Source: Candidatus Wolfebacteria bacterium GW2011_GWB1_47_1
GTDB taxonomy: Bacteria; Patescibacteriota; Minisyncoccia; UBA6257; UBA9933
Assembly: GCA_001029635.1 (NCBI GenBank)
Contig: CP011209.1
Span: forward strand, 618,435-682,434
Direction of reading: 5' to 3'
DNA length: 64,000 nucleotides
Part shown: positions 1 through 9,385 of the stretch, piece after piece
Position numbering within the stretch: position 1 is the first letter of the stretch
Layout of the letters: each line of letters opens with the position of its first letter
Made by a program: the position numbers and the translations under genes
The notes under the pieces: generated by a model
What the model was told of the DNA's origin: nothing
The model's database searches: none
What the model saw: the letters and a program-made list of their open reading frames with translations, nothing else

Positions 1-2
1 TT

Positions 3-968
3 CGGATATTTGAACAGAAGGCGAGGGAAGGTGTCCGTGTTCGTTTGTTGTGCGATGCCGCGGGCAGTTCTAATCTTTATAATTCCGCACGCGTAAAGCG
101 ATTGCTTGCGAGCGGCATCGAAGTGCTCTTTTTTAATCCCATCAAGCCGTGGCGCATTAATAACTATTCGTCATGGTTTTTCCGGGATCATCGAAAGGTA
201 TTGGTCATTGATTCCCATGTGGGATACATTGGTGGTGTCGGCGTGCATCAGCGCATGCATAATTGGCGCGATACACAGGTTCGTATCGAGGGGCCGGTGA
301 TCCATGAACTGGATTACGTGTTTGATCAGATGTGGAATCGCACTAAAGAGGGAAAGTTCTTTCGTTTTAATAAGCCATTTTTTAGTGCAGAGCAGCAGAC
401 TAGCAAGCCACAGGCGCTTACGAAATATTTTTATTTTCTCACTAATTCGCCCCGATTTCATCAGCGATTCATTTACCATAGCCTGATCGATGTGATCAGA
501 AATGCGCACACGTGCGTTTACTTGACTACGCCGTATTTTATTCCTGATCTGCGCCTTGTGCGTGTACTGCGGCTTGCGGCGCGCAGAGGGGTGGATGTTC
601 GCTTGATCGTTCCTAATGCATCAGACCATCCGATCGTCGACATTGCAACGCAATCGTATTTTTGGATTATGCTCAAGGCGGGGGTACGGATCTATCTGTA
701 TCGCGATCATGTGCTACATGCAAAAACTGTCATCATCGACGATGATTGGGCGTCGGTGGGGAGTGCAAATCTGGATAGCTTGAGCCTACTCCTTAACTAT
801 GAGGCGAATCTGGTCGGTACGAACCACACGTTTGTATCGGAATTAAGAGGGCACTTCATGGAAGATCTCAACCGGTCACGGGAAGTGATCTTTTCGGACT
901 GGAAAAAACGTTCCTGGTTTCGTAAGTTGTTTGAGGCAATCACGTGGCCTATTCACAAATTTTTGTAA
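3..968 (+). CDS. cls: Cardiolipin synthase / phospholipase D family protein, 5'-truncated by window edge
   Basis: Frame is open from nt 3. Two HKD motifs are visible (HRKVLVID and HAKTVIIDDDWASVGSANLD). A hairpin terminator follows directly. Confidence 0.8.
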   Translation, partial: RIFEQKAREGVRVRLLCDAAGSSNLYNSARVKRLLASGIEVLFFNPIKPWRINNYSSWFFRDHRKVLVIDSHVGYIGGVGVHQRMHNWRDTQVRIEGPVIHELDYVFDQMWNRTKEGKFFRFNKPFFSAEQQTSKPQALTKYFYFLTNSPRFHQRFIYHSLIDVIRNAHTCVYLTTPYFIPDLRLVRVLRLAARRGVDVRLIVPNASDHPIVDIATQSYFWIMLKAGVRIYLYRDHVLHAKTVIIDDDWASVGSANLDSLSLLLNYEANLVGTNHTFVSELRGHFMEDLNRSREVIFSDWKKRSWFRKLFEAITWPIHKFL

Positions 969-970
969 AG

Positions 971-998
971 AAAAAAAGCCCGCGCAAGCGAGCTTTTT
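971..998. terminator. Bidirectional hairpin terminator between cls and the 61-aa minus-strand gene
   Basis: A-run, then stem agcccgc/gcgagct, then T-run (aaaaaaagcccgcgcaagcgagcttttt). Confidence 0.6.
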
Positions 999-1015
999 GA
1001 TACAGGGAAGAGACT

Positions 1016-1201
1016 TTATTTCTGGTCCCGGTTGAGTTGGGGGAAGCGGCGGTAACGGTATATTGCCGCCTTCTTGGTGCTTCCCGGTATTTTTTTGCTT
1101 GGGCGCTCTTCCTTGAGTGATGTGATATTAGGGATAAACCCCCAACGACTATGGATCGTTCCTCCCCTTATTTCTATCCTGGTGTCGCGCAATCCGAGCA
1201 T
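1016..1201 (-). CDS. Small, very basic hypothetical protein (61 aa)
   Basis: GGAGGAG lies 5 nt upstream of the ATG. TTGACA (1262-1267) -N17- TTAAAT (1239-1244) on the minus strand, with a terminator downstream. No family recognised. Confidence 0.5.
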   Translation of the reverse strand: MLGLRDTRIEIRGGTIHSRWGFIPNITSLKEERPSKKIPGSTKKAAIYRYRRFPQLNRDQK

Positions 1202-1269
1202 GACTCCTCCTCTGTGAGCGTGGTTTGGTGCTGTTATTATTTAAACACAGCATTTTTTTGTTGTCAAAC

Positions 1270-1556
1270 ATAGTTTTAGGGTTGTGAACCTGGATCCCGT
1301 GTCGTGGCACGGGATGACATACGCATTGCCATTCCGACCCACGAGCCTGAATCCAGAGTCCTATAGGGTAACATCACGGGTGCAAAAACTCTGGATCCCG
1401 TGTCGGAGCACGGGATGATAACTATGTTCCGCTACTATGGTGTATGTTTTCGCTCGCATGTCTTTTTCCAAGAACCGGGAAGGGTGAATGTGGTGGCAAA
1501 TAGTATCGCCTGCTATGACGCTAATCTTTTGTCCGAAATATGCGTTGGTTGAGTAA
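1270..1556 (+). repeat. Copy A of a two-copy element, with an internal 101-nt duplication/insertion
   Basis: 1391-1556 matches 50851-51016 with 6 mismatches in 166 nt. The left arm 1270-1319 matches 50831-50880 at 48/50. A 28-nt hairpin module occurs twice (1290-1317 and 1391-1418). Confidence 0.85.
1415..1552 (+). CDS. Candidate 45-aa small protein (MITMFRYYGVCFRSHVFFQEPGRVNVVANSIACYDANLLSEICVG), paralog of 50875..51012
   Basis: GGAG lies 6 nt upstream of the ATG. The ORF is conserved in both repeat copies; 4 of 6 nucleotide differences are synonymous third positions. It is below the ORF-track length cutoff. Confidence 0.4.
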   Translation: MITMFRYYGVCFRSHVFFQEPGRVNVVANSIACYDANLLSEICVG

Positions 1557-1635
1557 ACACTGTTTTGGAAAATTGCTGTCACATGGCGTATACTGTATGC
1601 ATACATGCGATCAATGTCTGTTTTTATTTTTTGCG

Positions 1636-3168
1636 ATGACAACACTTATTAAAAATATTCTACTAATTGACGGATCCGGCCAGCCTGCCGTCAAGGCCGA
1701 TGTACTTATTAAGAACGAGAAGATCGCCGCCATCGGTTCGTTTCCCCGGTATCAGGCAGATACCATTATCGATGGCATGGGTGCCTACCTTGCCCCCGGA
1801 TTCATTGATAGTAATACGCATTCTGACCGCTATTTGACCATTTTTACCAATCCCGGGCAGGAGCATTTTCTTCGCCAGGGGATAACTACGATTATCGGTG
1901 GTCAAGACGGTATTTCGCTTGCTCCGCTTCTTTACGGCTCCCTTGATCTGCAACGGTTTTGGACAGATCCTTATCGGATTAATATCGATTGGCATACGGT
2001 GCGGGAATTTTTTGCTGTTCTTGCCCGACGTCCTCTCGGGGTCAATTTTGGCACCTTGGTAGGACATTCCACATTGCGCCATTCCATTATCGGTAACGAC
2101 TTTCGCGACCTTACATCGAAGGAGTTAGGTATATTTGAATATATGGTCGAGCGGGCATTGCAAGATGGAGCATTTGGTATTTCATTTGACCTGCAGTCAC
2201 CCGTCTCTTCGCTGACGCCGACTAAGGAAATAAAAACCGCCCTTGAACTTGTGGAAAAATATAAAGGACTCGCGACCTTTAAGATTAGGAGTGGCTCTGA
2301 CACCAATGTTTATACGCATGATATTGGAGACCATATTGTACCGGCGGTCACGGAAATCATCAACCTTTCCAAGGAAACAGGGGCACGGATCCAACTGAAT
2401 AATTTTTCTCCCTTGAAGGGCTTTGAGCATGCATATCAAAAAGCGCTTGATGTAATAGAGGAAAACGCCGCCGTTGCCGACCTTTACTTTGCCATGCATC
2501 CCTTTGAGTATTCGATCATCCCCATTGTTGCCTTTTTGCCTGTTTGGGCACAGCGCGGCGGAATGGATGCGATCGTAAATAATCTGCAATCATTTGAATT
2601 TGGAGCAAAGATTGTTGCCGATCTTGAACATATTCCGGACAATCTTATTATTCATGACGCTCCCGGATTTGATTATCTCGTCGGGAAGAGTCTTAAAGAA
2701 CTTGGAGACGATCGGGGGACTATTATGCCCGAAACATTATTTGCCCTTATGCGTATGACCAAGCTGCGAGCGACACTTGTGTATGATAATCTTTCGCTGC
2801 AGGAGTTCAATCGCGCACTTGCCCGTGATCGTTCTTTGATTGTGTCGTCAGGCGCAAGCTTTGAATCACAGCGCATACAGTCTCGTCACGGCAATTTGTT
2901 CGCCGATGCAATACCTACCTTTTTGCGTATGGTTGCAACCGATAAGGCGTTATCAATCGAAGCAGCCATACGTAAGATTACTAGTATCCCCGCTCAGCGG
3001 TTAGGCATTTCAGCGCGCGGATCCATTCGCGAAGGATACTTTGCTGATCTCGTCCTTTTCCGCGACACAACAATTGAGACGGTTTTTGTGAACGGTTTCA
3101 TCGCGATTCGCGATGGCGTTTCCACGGATAATTTAAAAGGTAGGGTATTGGATCATGCACATGAATAA
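1636..3168 (+). CDS. Amidohydrolase, N-acyl-D-amino-acid deacylase (D-aminoacylase) family
   Basis: N-terminus MTTLIKNILLIDGSGQP...ADVLIKNEKIAAIG...APGFIDSNTHSD is typical of the family. Start moved to the ATG at 1636 because the upstream part of the ORF lies in the repeat element. Confidence 0.75.
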   Translation: MTTLIKNILLIDGSGQPAVKADVLIKNEKIAAIGSFPRYQADTIIDGMGAYLAPGFIDSNTHSDRYLTIFTNPGQEHFLRQGITTIIGGQDGISLAPLLYGSLDLQRFWTDPYRINIDWHTVREFFAVLARRPLGVNFGTLVGHSTLRHSIIGNDFRDLTSKELGIFEYMVERALQDGAFGISFDLQSPVSSLTPTKEIKTALELVEKYKGLATFKIRSGSDTNVYTHDIGDHIVPAVTEIINLSKETGARIQLNNFSPLKGFEHAYQKALDVIEENAAVADLYFAMHPFEYSIIPIVAFLPVWAQRGGMDAIVNNLQSFEFGAKIVADLEHIPDNLIIHDAPGFDYLVGKSLKELGDDRGTIMPETLFALMRMTKLRATLVYDNLSLQEFNRALARDRSLIVSSGASFESQRIQSRHGNLFADAIPTFLRMVATDKALSIEAAIRKITSIPAQRLGISARGSIREGYFADLVLFRDTTIETVFVNGFIAIRDGVSTDNLKGRVLDHAHE

Positions 3169-4279
3169 ACTATTCAACAATCGAAGGGGTGGGCATGCCC
3201 CGGATCATGTTTTTTTATGGACCCTTGGCATCCTTGTCGTTTTTGGGATCCTTATGCTTTCTAGTGCTTCCTCGGACCTGGGAAAGATTAAGTTTGATGA
3301 CACTTTTTTTTATCTGAAGCATCAGATCTACTATGGTCTTTTGCCGGGGATCGCCGGGTTTTTATTCGCGTCGTTCTTGTACTACAAACGATGGCAAACT
3401 ATGGCGTTATATTTGCTTCTCGTGAGTGTTGGCATGCTTTTGTTGGTATTTACCCCGCTTGGTATGCATTCGGGCGGGGCGACGCGGTGGATTAATATTG
3501 GTCCTGTTTCATTGCAACCTGCAGAATTGCTGAAGCTTACTTTTATCATTTACATGGCCGCATGGCTGAGTGGTAAGCGGACTAAACGACAAACGAGCTT
3601 CACTGAAGGATATTTGCCATTCCTTTCGATCTCAGGGTTTATTGCATTACTTATTGTATTACAACCAGCCACTACGACGGTTGCCGTCATTATGATGGCC
3701 AGTTTAATTGTTTATTTCATGAGCGGCGCAAAATTTAAATATATTGCCATGACGGTTGTGCTTGGGTTCGTTGCGCTTGCGATGTTGGTCGCGATAACCC
3801 CGTATCGCATGGAACGTGTCAAGAATTATTTTCGACAAGACAAGGTTGATGTCCTTGGGAAAGGATATCATTTGGAACAGGCGAAAATCGCCATCGGTTC
3901 GGGCGGCGCCATGGGGGTTGGATTTGGTCAATCTACGACAAAGTACAAATTTCTCCCTGAACCGATAGGGGATTCGATCTTTGCCGTTGTTGCCGAGGAG
4001 CTTGGTTTTGCCGGCTCGATACTCCTTATCTCCCTCTATATCCTGCTATTTACACGGGGGCTTCTTATTGCTAGCCGATGTAAGGATAAGTTTGGACAAC
4101 TTGCGGTGATTGGTATTATTTCCGTCGTTGCGATTCAAACGTTTATCAATATCGGAGCCATTTCTGGCATCTTGCCCTTAACGGGTGTTCCATTGCCATT
4201 TATTAGTTATGGAGGAACTGCGCTCGCTATTTTTCTTACCATGATGGGGGTTGTCGTCAATATATCGAAGCATGCATAA
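3155..4279 (+). CDS. ftsW: SEDS-family peptidoglycan polymerase FtsW/RodA
   Basis: Multi-TM protein with GFGQSTTKYKFLPEPIGDSIFAVVAEELGF and ISYGGTA motifs. It lies directly upstream of murG. Confidence 0.85.
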   Translation: MHMNKLFNNRRGGHAPDHVFLWTLGILVVFGILMLSSASSDLGKIKFDDTFFYLKHQIYYGLLPGIAGFLFASFLYYKRWQTMALYLLLVSVGMLLLVFTPLGMHSGGATRWINIGPVSLQPAELLKLTFIIYMAAWLSGKRTKRQTSFTEGYLPFLSISGFIALLIVLQPATTTVAVIMMASLIVYFMSGAKFKYIAMTVVLGFVALAMLVAITPYRMERVKNYFRQDKVDVLGKGYHLEQAKIAIGSGGAMGVGFGQSTTKYKFLPEPIGDSIFAVVAEELGFAGSILLISLYILLFTRGLLIASRCKDKFGQLAVIGIISVVAIQTFINIGAISGILPLTGVPLPFISYGGTALAIFLTMMGVVVNISKHA

Positions 4280-4321
4280 TAACCTACTACCTACAACCAA
4301 TAACTAATAACGATAGTAAAA

Positions 4322-4343
4322 AATCCCCGCCGTAGGCGGGGAT
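4322..4343. terminator. Hairpin terminator (aatccccgcc gta ggcggggatt)
   Basis: Perfect GC-rich stem, with a T-run on the minus strand after gene 4359..4607. Also lies downstream of ftsW. Confidence 0.6.
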
Positions 4344-4358
4344 TAAATCGTTATTTAC

Positions 4359-4607
4359 CTAAACTAGTCGCGTCCCTGATTTTCGCAAGGTGACTGTTAT
4401 CATCACGGCAATCGCCGTAAAAACTAACAGCCATACGATAATCGGGGGGAGAAACCAAGGGACGTTCGGGAATATGATAATGATCAATCCCGTAATGACG
4501 CCAACTACCGATAATCCGATAGGATTCCAGAGAAAGAATGAGGTCATGGCAGCAATAACCGTTCCGATTCCAGCGAGCATCAGCATGCGGAGCTTCCAAG
4601 GTTTCAT
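4359..4607 (-). CDS. Small hydrophobic membrane protein (82 aa), hypothetical
   Basis: AGGAGG lies 6 nt upstream of the ATG. Two or three predicted TM stretches. Terminator downstream. Confidence 0.6.
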   Translation of the reverse strand: MKPWKLRMLMLAGIGTVIAAMTSFFLWNPIGLSVVGVITGLIIIIFPNVPWFLPPIIVWLLVFTAIAVMITVTLRKSGTRLV

Positions 4608-4703
4608 TGCGCGCCTCCTATAAAAGTAGGATATAGATCAAAATACTGTAATATATTTACCATATTTTTATAATATTGTCAACATGATGTATACTGAATC
4701 TAT

Positions 4704-5879
4704 ATGAGAATACTTTTTACCGGGGGAGTTACCGGGGGGCACATCATGCCTCTTATATCCGTCGCCGAGAAATTGCCTATTGTGGCACAGTCGAGAGGCA
4801 TTCCATCACTTGAGTTTTTTTACCTTGGCGTGCCGGGAATGTATGCGCAGGAGCTTACTTCTAAGGGGATTACTGTTTCCCGTGTTGCTTCCGTAAAGAT
4901 GCGTCGTGGAGCGATCATCCGTAATATTATCGAACTTCCGCTTTTAATCGTTGCTATTATACAGGCGCTTTGGCGCGTGTATTGGATCATGCCTGACGTC
5001 CTCTTTTCAAAAGGAGGACCGGGGGCATTGCCTGTTGTATTGGCATGTGCCTTCTATCGTATCCCGATCATCATTCATGAATCCGATTCTGTTGCGGGTC
5101 TTACTAACCTTGCTTCTGCCCGTTTTGCCAAACGTATTGCAATTGCCTATGCGACCGCAAAAGAGTCGTTTGTCGGTACTCCTGCTAGCGATGTTGCGCG
5201 GGCTGCCATTGAGCAAAAGATCGCGTTGATCGGCAATCCTATTCGTAATTTTTTCTTAACCTCTTTTGATACGACTGATCGCGCGACTGTAAAACGCATC
5301 ATGGATTTTGATCCTGCAAAGCCCCTCCTGGTTGTTATCGGGGGGTCTCAGGGGGCTGTGCGCATCAACGAATTCCTTCTTTCAATTGCAGAAGATTTAC
5401 TTACGCGCAATATTCAAGTTTTGCATCAAACAGGGGTCAACAATATTGGCTCCGTAAAAGGTGATCTTGCGCTTGTTATGAAAAAGTATTCAAACATGTA
5501 TCAGCATGCGTATCGGGCTGTTCCGTATTTTGAAGAAGATATAAAGGATGCCTATTGTGCTGCCGACATCGTGATCTCTCGGGCGGGGAGTGGGTCGATT
5601 TTTGAGATTGCAGCCATGGGCCGTCCAGCCATCCTTATTCCTTTGCCGCAAGAGATATCGCGCGACCAGGTAAAGAACGCATTCGAATATGCCGCGACTG
5701 GAGCCGCGATCACCATCGAAGAATCTAATCTGACCCGAAATATCTTCCTTGATCAGTTAGATCGGTTGTTGGCTAATCCGACAATGCTTGCCTCGATGGC
5801 AGCCGCGGCAAAGGCATTTTCCCGTCCGGAGGCTGCGGAAGTATTAGCCAAAGAGATTGTTCATTTGGGACGCCGATAA
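4704..5879 (+). CDS. murG: UDP-GlcNAc:lipid I N-acetylglucosaminyltransferase MurG
   Basis: MRILFTGGVTGGHIMP N-terminus and a GGSQGA motif. Context with ftsW. Confidence 0.9.
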   Translation: MRILFTGGVTGGHIMPLISVAEKLPIVAQSRGIPSLEFFYLGVPGMYAQELTSKGITVSRVASVKMRRGAIIRNIIELPLLIVAIIQALWRVYWIMPDVLFSKGGPGALPVVLACAFYRIPIIIHESDSVAGLTNLASARFAKRIAIAYATAKESFVGTPASDVARAAIEQKIALIGNPIRNFFLTSFDTTDRATVKRIMDFDPAKPLLVVIGGSQGAVRINEFLLSIAEDLLTRNIQVLHQTGVNNIGSVKGDLALVMKKYSNMYQHAYRAVPYFEEDIKDAYCAADIVISRAGSGSIFEIAAMGRPAILIPLPQEISRDQVKNAFEYAATGAAITIEESNLTRNIFLDQLDRLLANPTMLASMAAAAKAFSRPEAAEVLAKEIVHLGRR

Positions 5880-5891
5880 TACGAATTACCT

Positions 5892-7769
5892 ATGCTTCGT
5901 CATTTATTACTACTCGTCTTCTTTATCACCTTAACGTTGCCTGCCTCCGTACGGGCGTTTACCGTGCCATATCAACGGGTTTTTCAGCAACGGGGATCCA
6001 TTATGGCAATTGACGTGTACGGAGAAGCGGACCCGCATTATGTTCAGTGTGATCTTGATCAATGGACCTGTATAGAAACGGGTACGAGCACTCCCAACCT
6101 TTTCCCGGAATTTACTGAAAAGCAATATATTCTTTCGAAGGACCGACAACTCGCGCTTGTTTCAGAGGGGTATGGCGCTACGCAACAGTATGACCTGTAT
6201 ACATTGGAGGCCGGCGATGTGACAAAAAAGACAATTGATTTTATCGGGGAAACAAAGCGGGCTATCTTTAGCGATGATAATACGAAAATATTATTTGTCA
6301 CCTTGTATGGTGAGTTCGTTGTTTTTAACATTCAGACTAATAGTGCCATCAAAAGCATTCCTATCGTGGGTGGAGCTTCCTTTATCCGTTTTTCACCTCA
6401 CGGAAATTATGTCGCATATTTTTCTCCCAGCACACTGAGTGGAAAAGATCGGGTTTATACACTCGTTGATGTTGCACGCGGTCACACCTATACCTGGAAG
6501 GAAAAAAATGATTATTGGGACCTTTTGAGTGAGGAAGAAAAGGCCTTTGATTTTTCTCCCGATGAGCGGCACTTTTTTTATTTGAGCGATCGCGAGGGGA
6601 CGCAGACCCTGTATATGACCCGGCTCTGGCTTCTTGATGGGATCAATGGACGACTTGGTAAGCGAATGTTCAAATCCGACTTCACGGTGAACAATTTTCT
6701 CTTTGGTGCGGATGGACTACTATATTTTACGGCAAACCGCAAAAGTCCATTAATCTGGTCCCTCTACTCGTATGATTTTAGGGATCAATTGGTTAGAGGG
6801 CTTGTTGATGATGTGCTTTATTGGCCCGCACCACAACAGAGTGGTAAATACATTATATTCCTACGCTCGAAAAATGAGCTGCCTTCGTTGTATACATTTG
6901 ATATAACGAAACGTTCCGTTGCTTCGCTTCCATTGACTATCACTGCCTCGCCTTTTCCCCTTGGAGCGGGGAAGATAAAGAATTTTTCCGGACGCTATGG
7001 CGTTTTATACACACCCGATGGCTATGACAAGAAAAAGTCCTATCCTTTGATTGTGTGGTTGCATGGCGGCCCCCATAGACAGACATCCCCATCATTTCAT
7101 TCGTACCATAGTTACGGAACGTACGATGGCATATTGGAACATTTACGTAAAAATGGTTTCCTCGTACTCAAGCTTGATTATCGGGGAAGCTATGGATACG
7201 GGAAAAAATTTGCAACAGACCTAAAGGGTAATGTAGGCAATTTGGACGTCAAAGATGTTGTCGATGCTACCGCGGTACTTAAGAAGGAGATGAAGATCGG
7301 CGAGGTCTACCCTATGGGTACTAGCTATGGCGGTTATCTTGCGTTGCGTGCGTTGGCCGGCAAACCTACGTTGTTCGATGGTGCGATTTCCGTCAATGGC
7401 GTTACGGATTGGTGGACATTAATCAATAATGACCCCGATTCGATATTTCAGGTTCATTTTAACGGGACTCCTTCTGCAAAAAATAAAGTGTTATACGACC
7501 AGGCATCTATTTTCTTGCGGTTAAATAATCTTAAGAACAAGAAGGTCATATTGGTTAATGGCGAAGAGGATGCAACCGTGCCGCATCGTCAAACGACCAT
7601 GCTTTATGATGCCTTAATTGATAAGGGGATGGCTCCGACGATTATCTCCTACGAAAAAGAGGGTCATATTTTGACCAATAGCGCAAATATTGATGATCTG
7701 TGTAATCAGGTGGTTAAGTTGCCTACAGGGTATGAAGGAAAAGTGTGCGTGCAGGCAAGTACGCTTTGA
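5892..7769 (+). CDS. S9 (prolyl oligopeptidase family) serine peptidase with N-terminal beta-propeller, secreted
   Basis: Signal peptide. WLHGGPH and GTSYGGYLA (GxSxGG nucleophile elbow) motifs, and a C-terminal His region. Confidence 0.8.
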   Translation: MLRHLLLLVFFITLTLPASVRAFTVPYQRVFQQRGSIMAIDVYGEADPHYVQCDLDQWTCIETGTSTPNLFPEFTEKQYILSKDRQLALVSEGYGATQQYDLYTLEAGDVTKKTIDFIGETKRAIFSDDNTKILFVTLYGEFVVFNIQTNSAIKSIPIVGGASFIRFSPHGNYVAYFSPSTLSGKDRVYTLVDVARGHTYTWKEKNDYWDLLSEEEKAFDFSPDERHFFYLSDREGTQTLYMTRLWLLDGINGRLGKRMFKSDFTVNNFLFGADGLLYFTANRKSPLIWSLYSYDFRDQLVRGLVDDVLYWPAPQQSGKYIIFLRSKNELPSLYTFDITKRSVASLPLTITASPFPLGAGKIKNFSGRYGVLYTPDGYDKKKSYPLIVWLHGGPHRQTSPSFHSYHSYGTYDGILEHLRKNGFLVLKLDYRGSYGYGKKFATDLKGNVGNLDVKDVVDATAVLKKEMKIGEVYPMGTSYGGYLALRALAGKPTLFDGAISVNGVTDWWTLINNDPDSIFQVHFNGTPSAKNKVLYDQASIFLRLNNLKNKKVILVNGEEDATVPHRQTTMLYDALIDKGMAPTIISYEKEGHILTNSANIDDLCNQVVKLPTGYEGKVCVQASTL

Positions 7770-7787
7770 TGCGATTTTTCGCATAAT

Positions 7788-7818
7788 AAAAGACCGTCTA
7801 ATGTTTAGTCGGTCTTTT
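7788..7818 (+). terminator. Intrinsic terminator after the S9 peptidase gene
   Basis: aaaagaccg...cggtctttt hairpin followed by T-rich sequence. Confidence 0.6.
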
Positions 7819-7893
7819 ATTATGCGGCGTTTTGTTGTATACTAAATACCTAAACGAAGTCGAGATTTTTACGAATTTAGAAGTATTGTAGCA

Positions 7894-9354
7894 ATGGAAC
7901 CACAGATTGATATACAGACCGGCCAGGAAATTCGCGTGCGTATTGCTCCGTCACCCACGGGTCTTCTCCATTTTGGAACGGCCCGGACAGCTCTATTTAA
8001 CTGGCTTTTTGCACGGCACATGGGGGGGAAGTTCATCCTGCGTATTGAAGATACTGACATAGAGCGATCAACGAAGGAATTCGAGGAAGATATTGTTACC
8101 GGACTGCGGTGGCTTGGTTTTGATTGGGATGAGGGTCCTGATAAGGGTGGCCCCTTTGGTCCATATCGACAATCTGAACGGCTTGATATCTACGCCCACT
8201 ATTTACAACAGCTTCTTGATGAAGACAAGGCATATCATTGTTTTTGTACGAAGGAACAACTTGATGTCGATCGACAGGCGATGCAAACTCAGGGCACTAC
8301 GCCTATTTATGTCGGCCGTTGCAGTGCGCTAACCAAAGAAGAACAGGTTCAGCGTATCACTGCCGGCGAAGCATCCGTTATTCGATTGCGTGTTTCGGAA
8401 GGAGTAATCGAGTTCCATGATATTATTCGTGATGTCGTTACTGTACAGTCCGCATTGATCGGCGATATTATTATCGCTCGCAGTCTCGATCTTCCGCTCT
8501 ATAACTTTGCGGTTGTGGTTGATGACTATGAGATGAAGATCTCCCATGTCATCCGCGGCGAGGATCATATTTCCAATACGCCAAAGCAGATCGTCGTGCA
8601 ACGCGCACTTGGTTTCGCCACTCCGGAATATGCACACCTGCCATTGATCCTTGCCCCCGATCGCAGCAAGCTTTCAAAGCGATACATTGAAACGTCATTG
8701 AATGATTTTAAAGCGCAGGGATACCTTCCTGAGTCGTTAGTCAATTTTATGGCGTTCATCGGATGGCATCCTACTGATGATAAGGACGTTATGGCGCGCG
8801 AAGAGCTGATTGCAGAGTTTGATCTCGAACGTGTGCAGAAAGGTGGAGGGGTGTTCAATCTTGAAAAATTGGAATGGTTGAATGCGCAATACATTAAGCG
8901 GCTACCGGTCGGAATCCTTGTCGATGAATTGATGCCATTCATTCCGCAGGAATGGAATACGCAGCGTGCGCTTTTGGAGCGCGTTGCAATAGTAGAGCAA
9001 GACCGCTTGAAGCGACTGACTGATTTTGTCGAATCTGCTGCATTCTTTTTTGCATTGCCTGATTACGAGGCCGATCTATTAGCATGGAAAGGTGCCGATG
9101 TCTCAATGACTAAGGGTCATTTGCGGGCCGTTTTGGATATCTTACGAAACGCTCCCGAGAGTCAATTTACCAAGGATGCCCTTGAGACGCTTCTTATGCC
9201 TCTGGCTGAAGAAAAGGGCAGGGGAGATATACTGTGGCCCTTGAGGGCTTGTTTGAGCGGAAAAAAGGCATCCCCAGGACCATTCGAGATCATGCCAGCA
9301 CTTGGAAAGTCCGAAGTGATCCATCGGATCGAAGTTGCGATAGAGAAATTATAA
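7894..9354 (+). CDS. gltX: Glutamate--tRNA ligase
   Basis: RIAPSPTGLLHFGTARTALFNW (HIGH-type) and KLSKR (KMSKS-type) motifs. Confidence 0.95.
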   Translation: MEPQIDIQTGQEIRVRIAPSPTGLLHFGTARTALFNWLFARHMGGKFILRIEDTDIERSTKEFEEDIVTGLRWLGFDWDEGPDKGGPFGPYRQSERLDIYAHYLQQLLDEDKAYHCFCTKEQLDVDRQAMQTQGTTPIYVGRCSALTKEEQVQRITAGEASVIRLRVSEGVIEFHDIIRDVVTVQSALIGDIIIARSLDLPLYNFAVVVDDYEMKISHVIRGEDHISNTPKQIVVQRALGFATPEYAHLPLILAPDRSKLSKRYIETSLNDFKAQGYLPESLVNFMAFIGWHPTDDKDVMAREELIAEFDLERVQKGGGVFNLEKLEWLNAQYIKRLPVGILVDELMPFIPQEWNTQRALLERVAIVEQDRLKRLTDFVESAAFFFALPDYEADLLAWKGADVSMTKGHLRAVLDILRNAPESQFTKDALETLLMPLAEEKGRGDILWPLRACLSGKKASPGPFEIMPALGKSEVIHRIEVAIEKL

Positions 9355-9385
9355 TACAACCCGAACTCATCTTTTTGTAAAGTCC

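Noticed and set aside
1361-1645. ORF 1361..1645 (-), the 5' extension of 1540..3168 (+), and ORF 50627..51013 (+, 128 aa)
   Set aside because: They lie on the repeat element. Only the 45-codon core is shared between copies, and the longer reading frames are not conserved between the two copies and lack SDs. The amidohydrolase start was moved to 1636.
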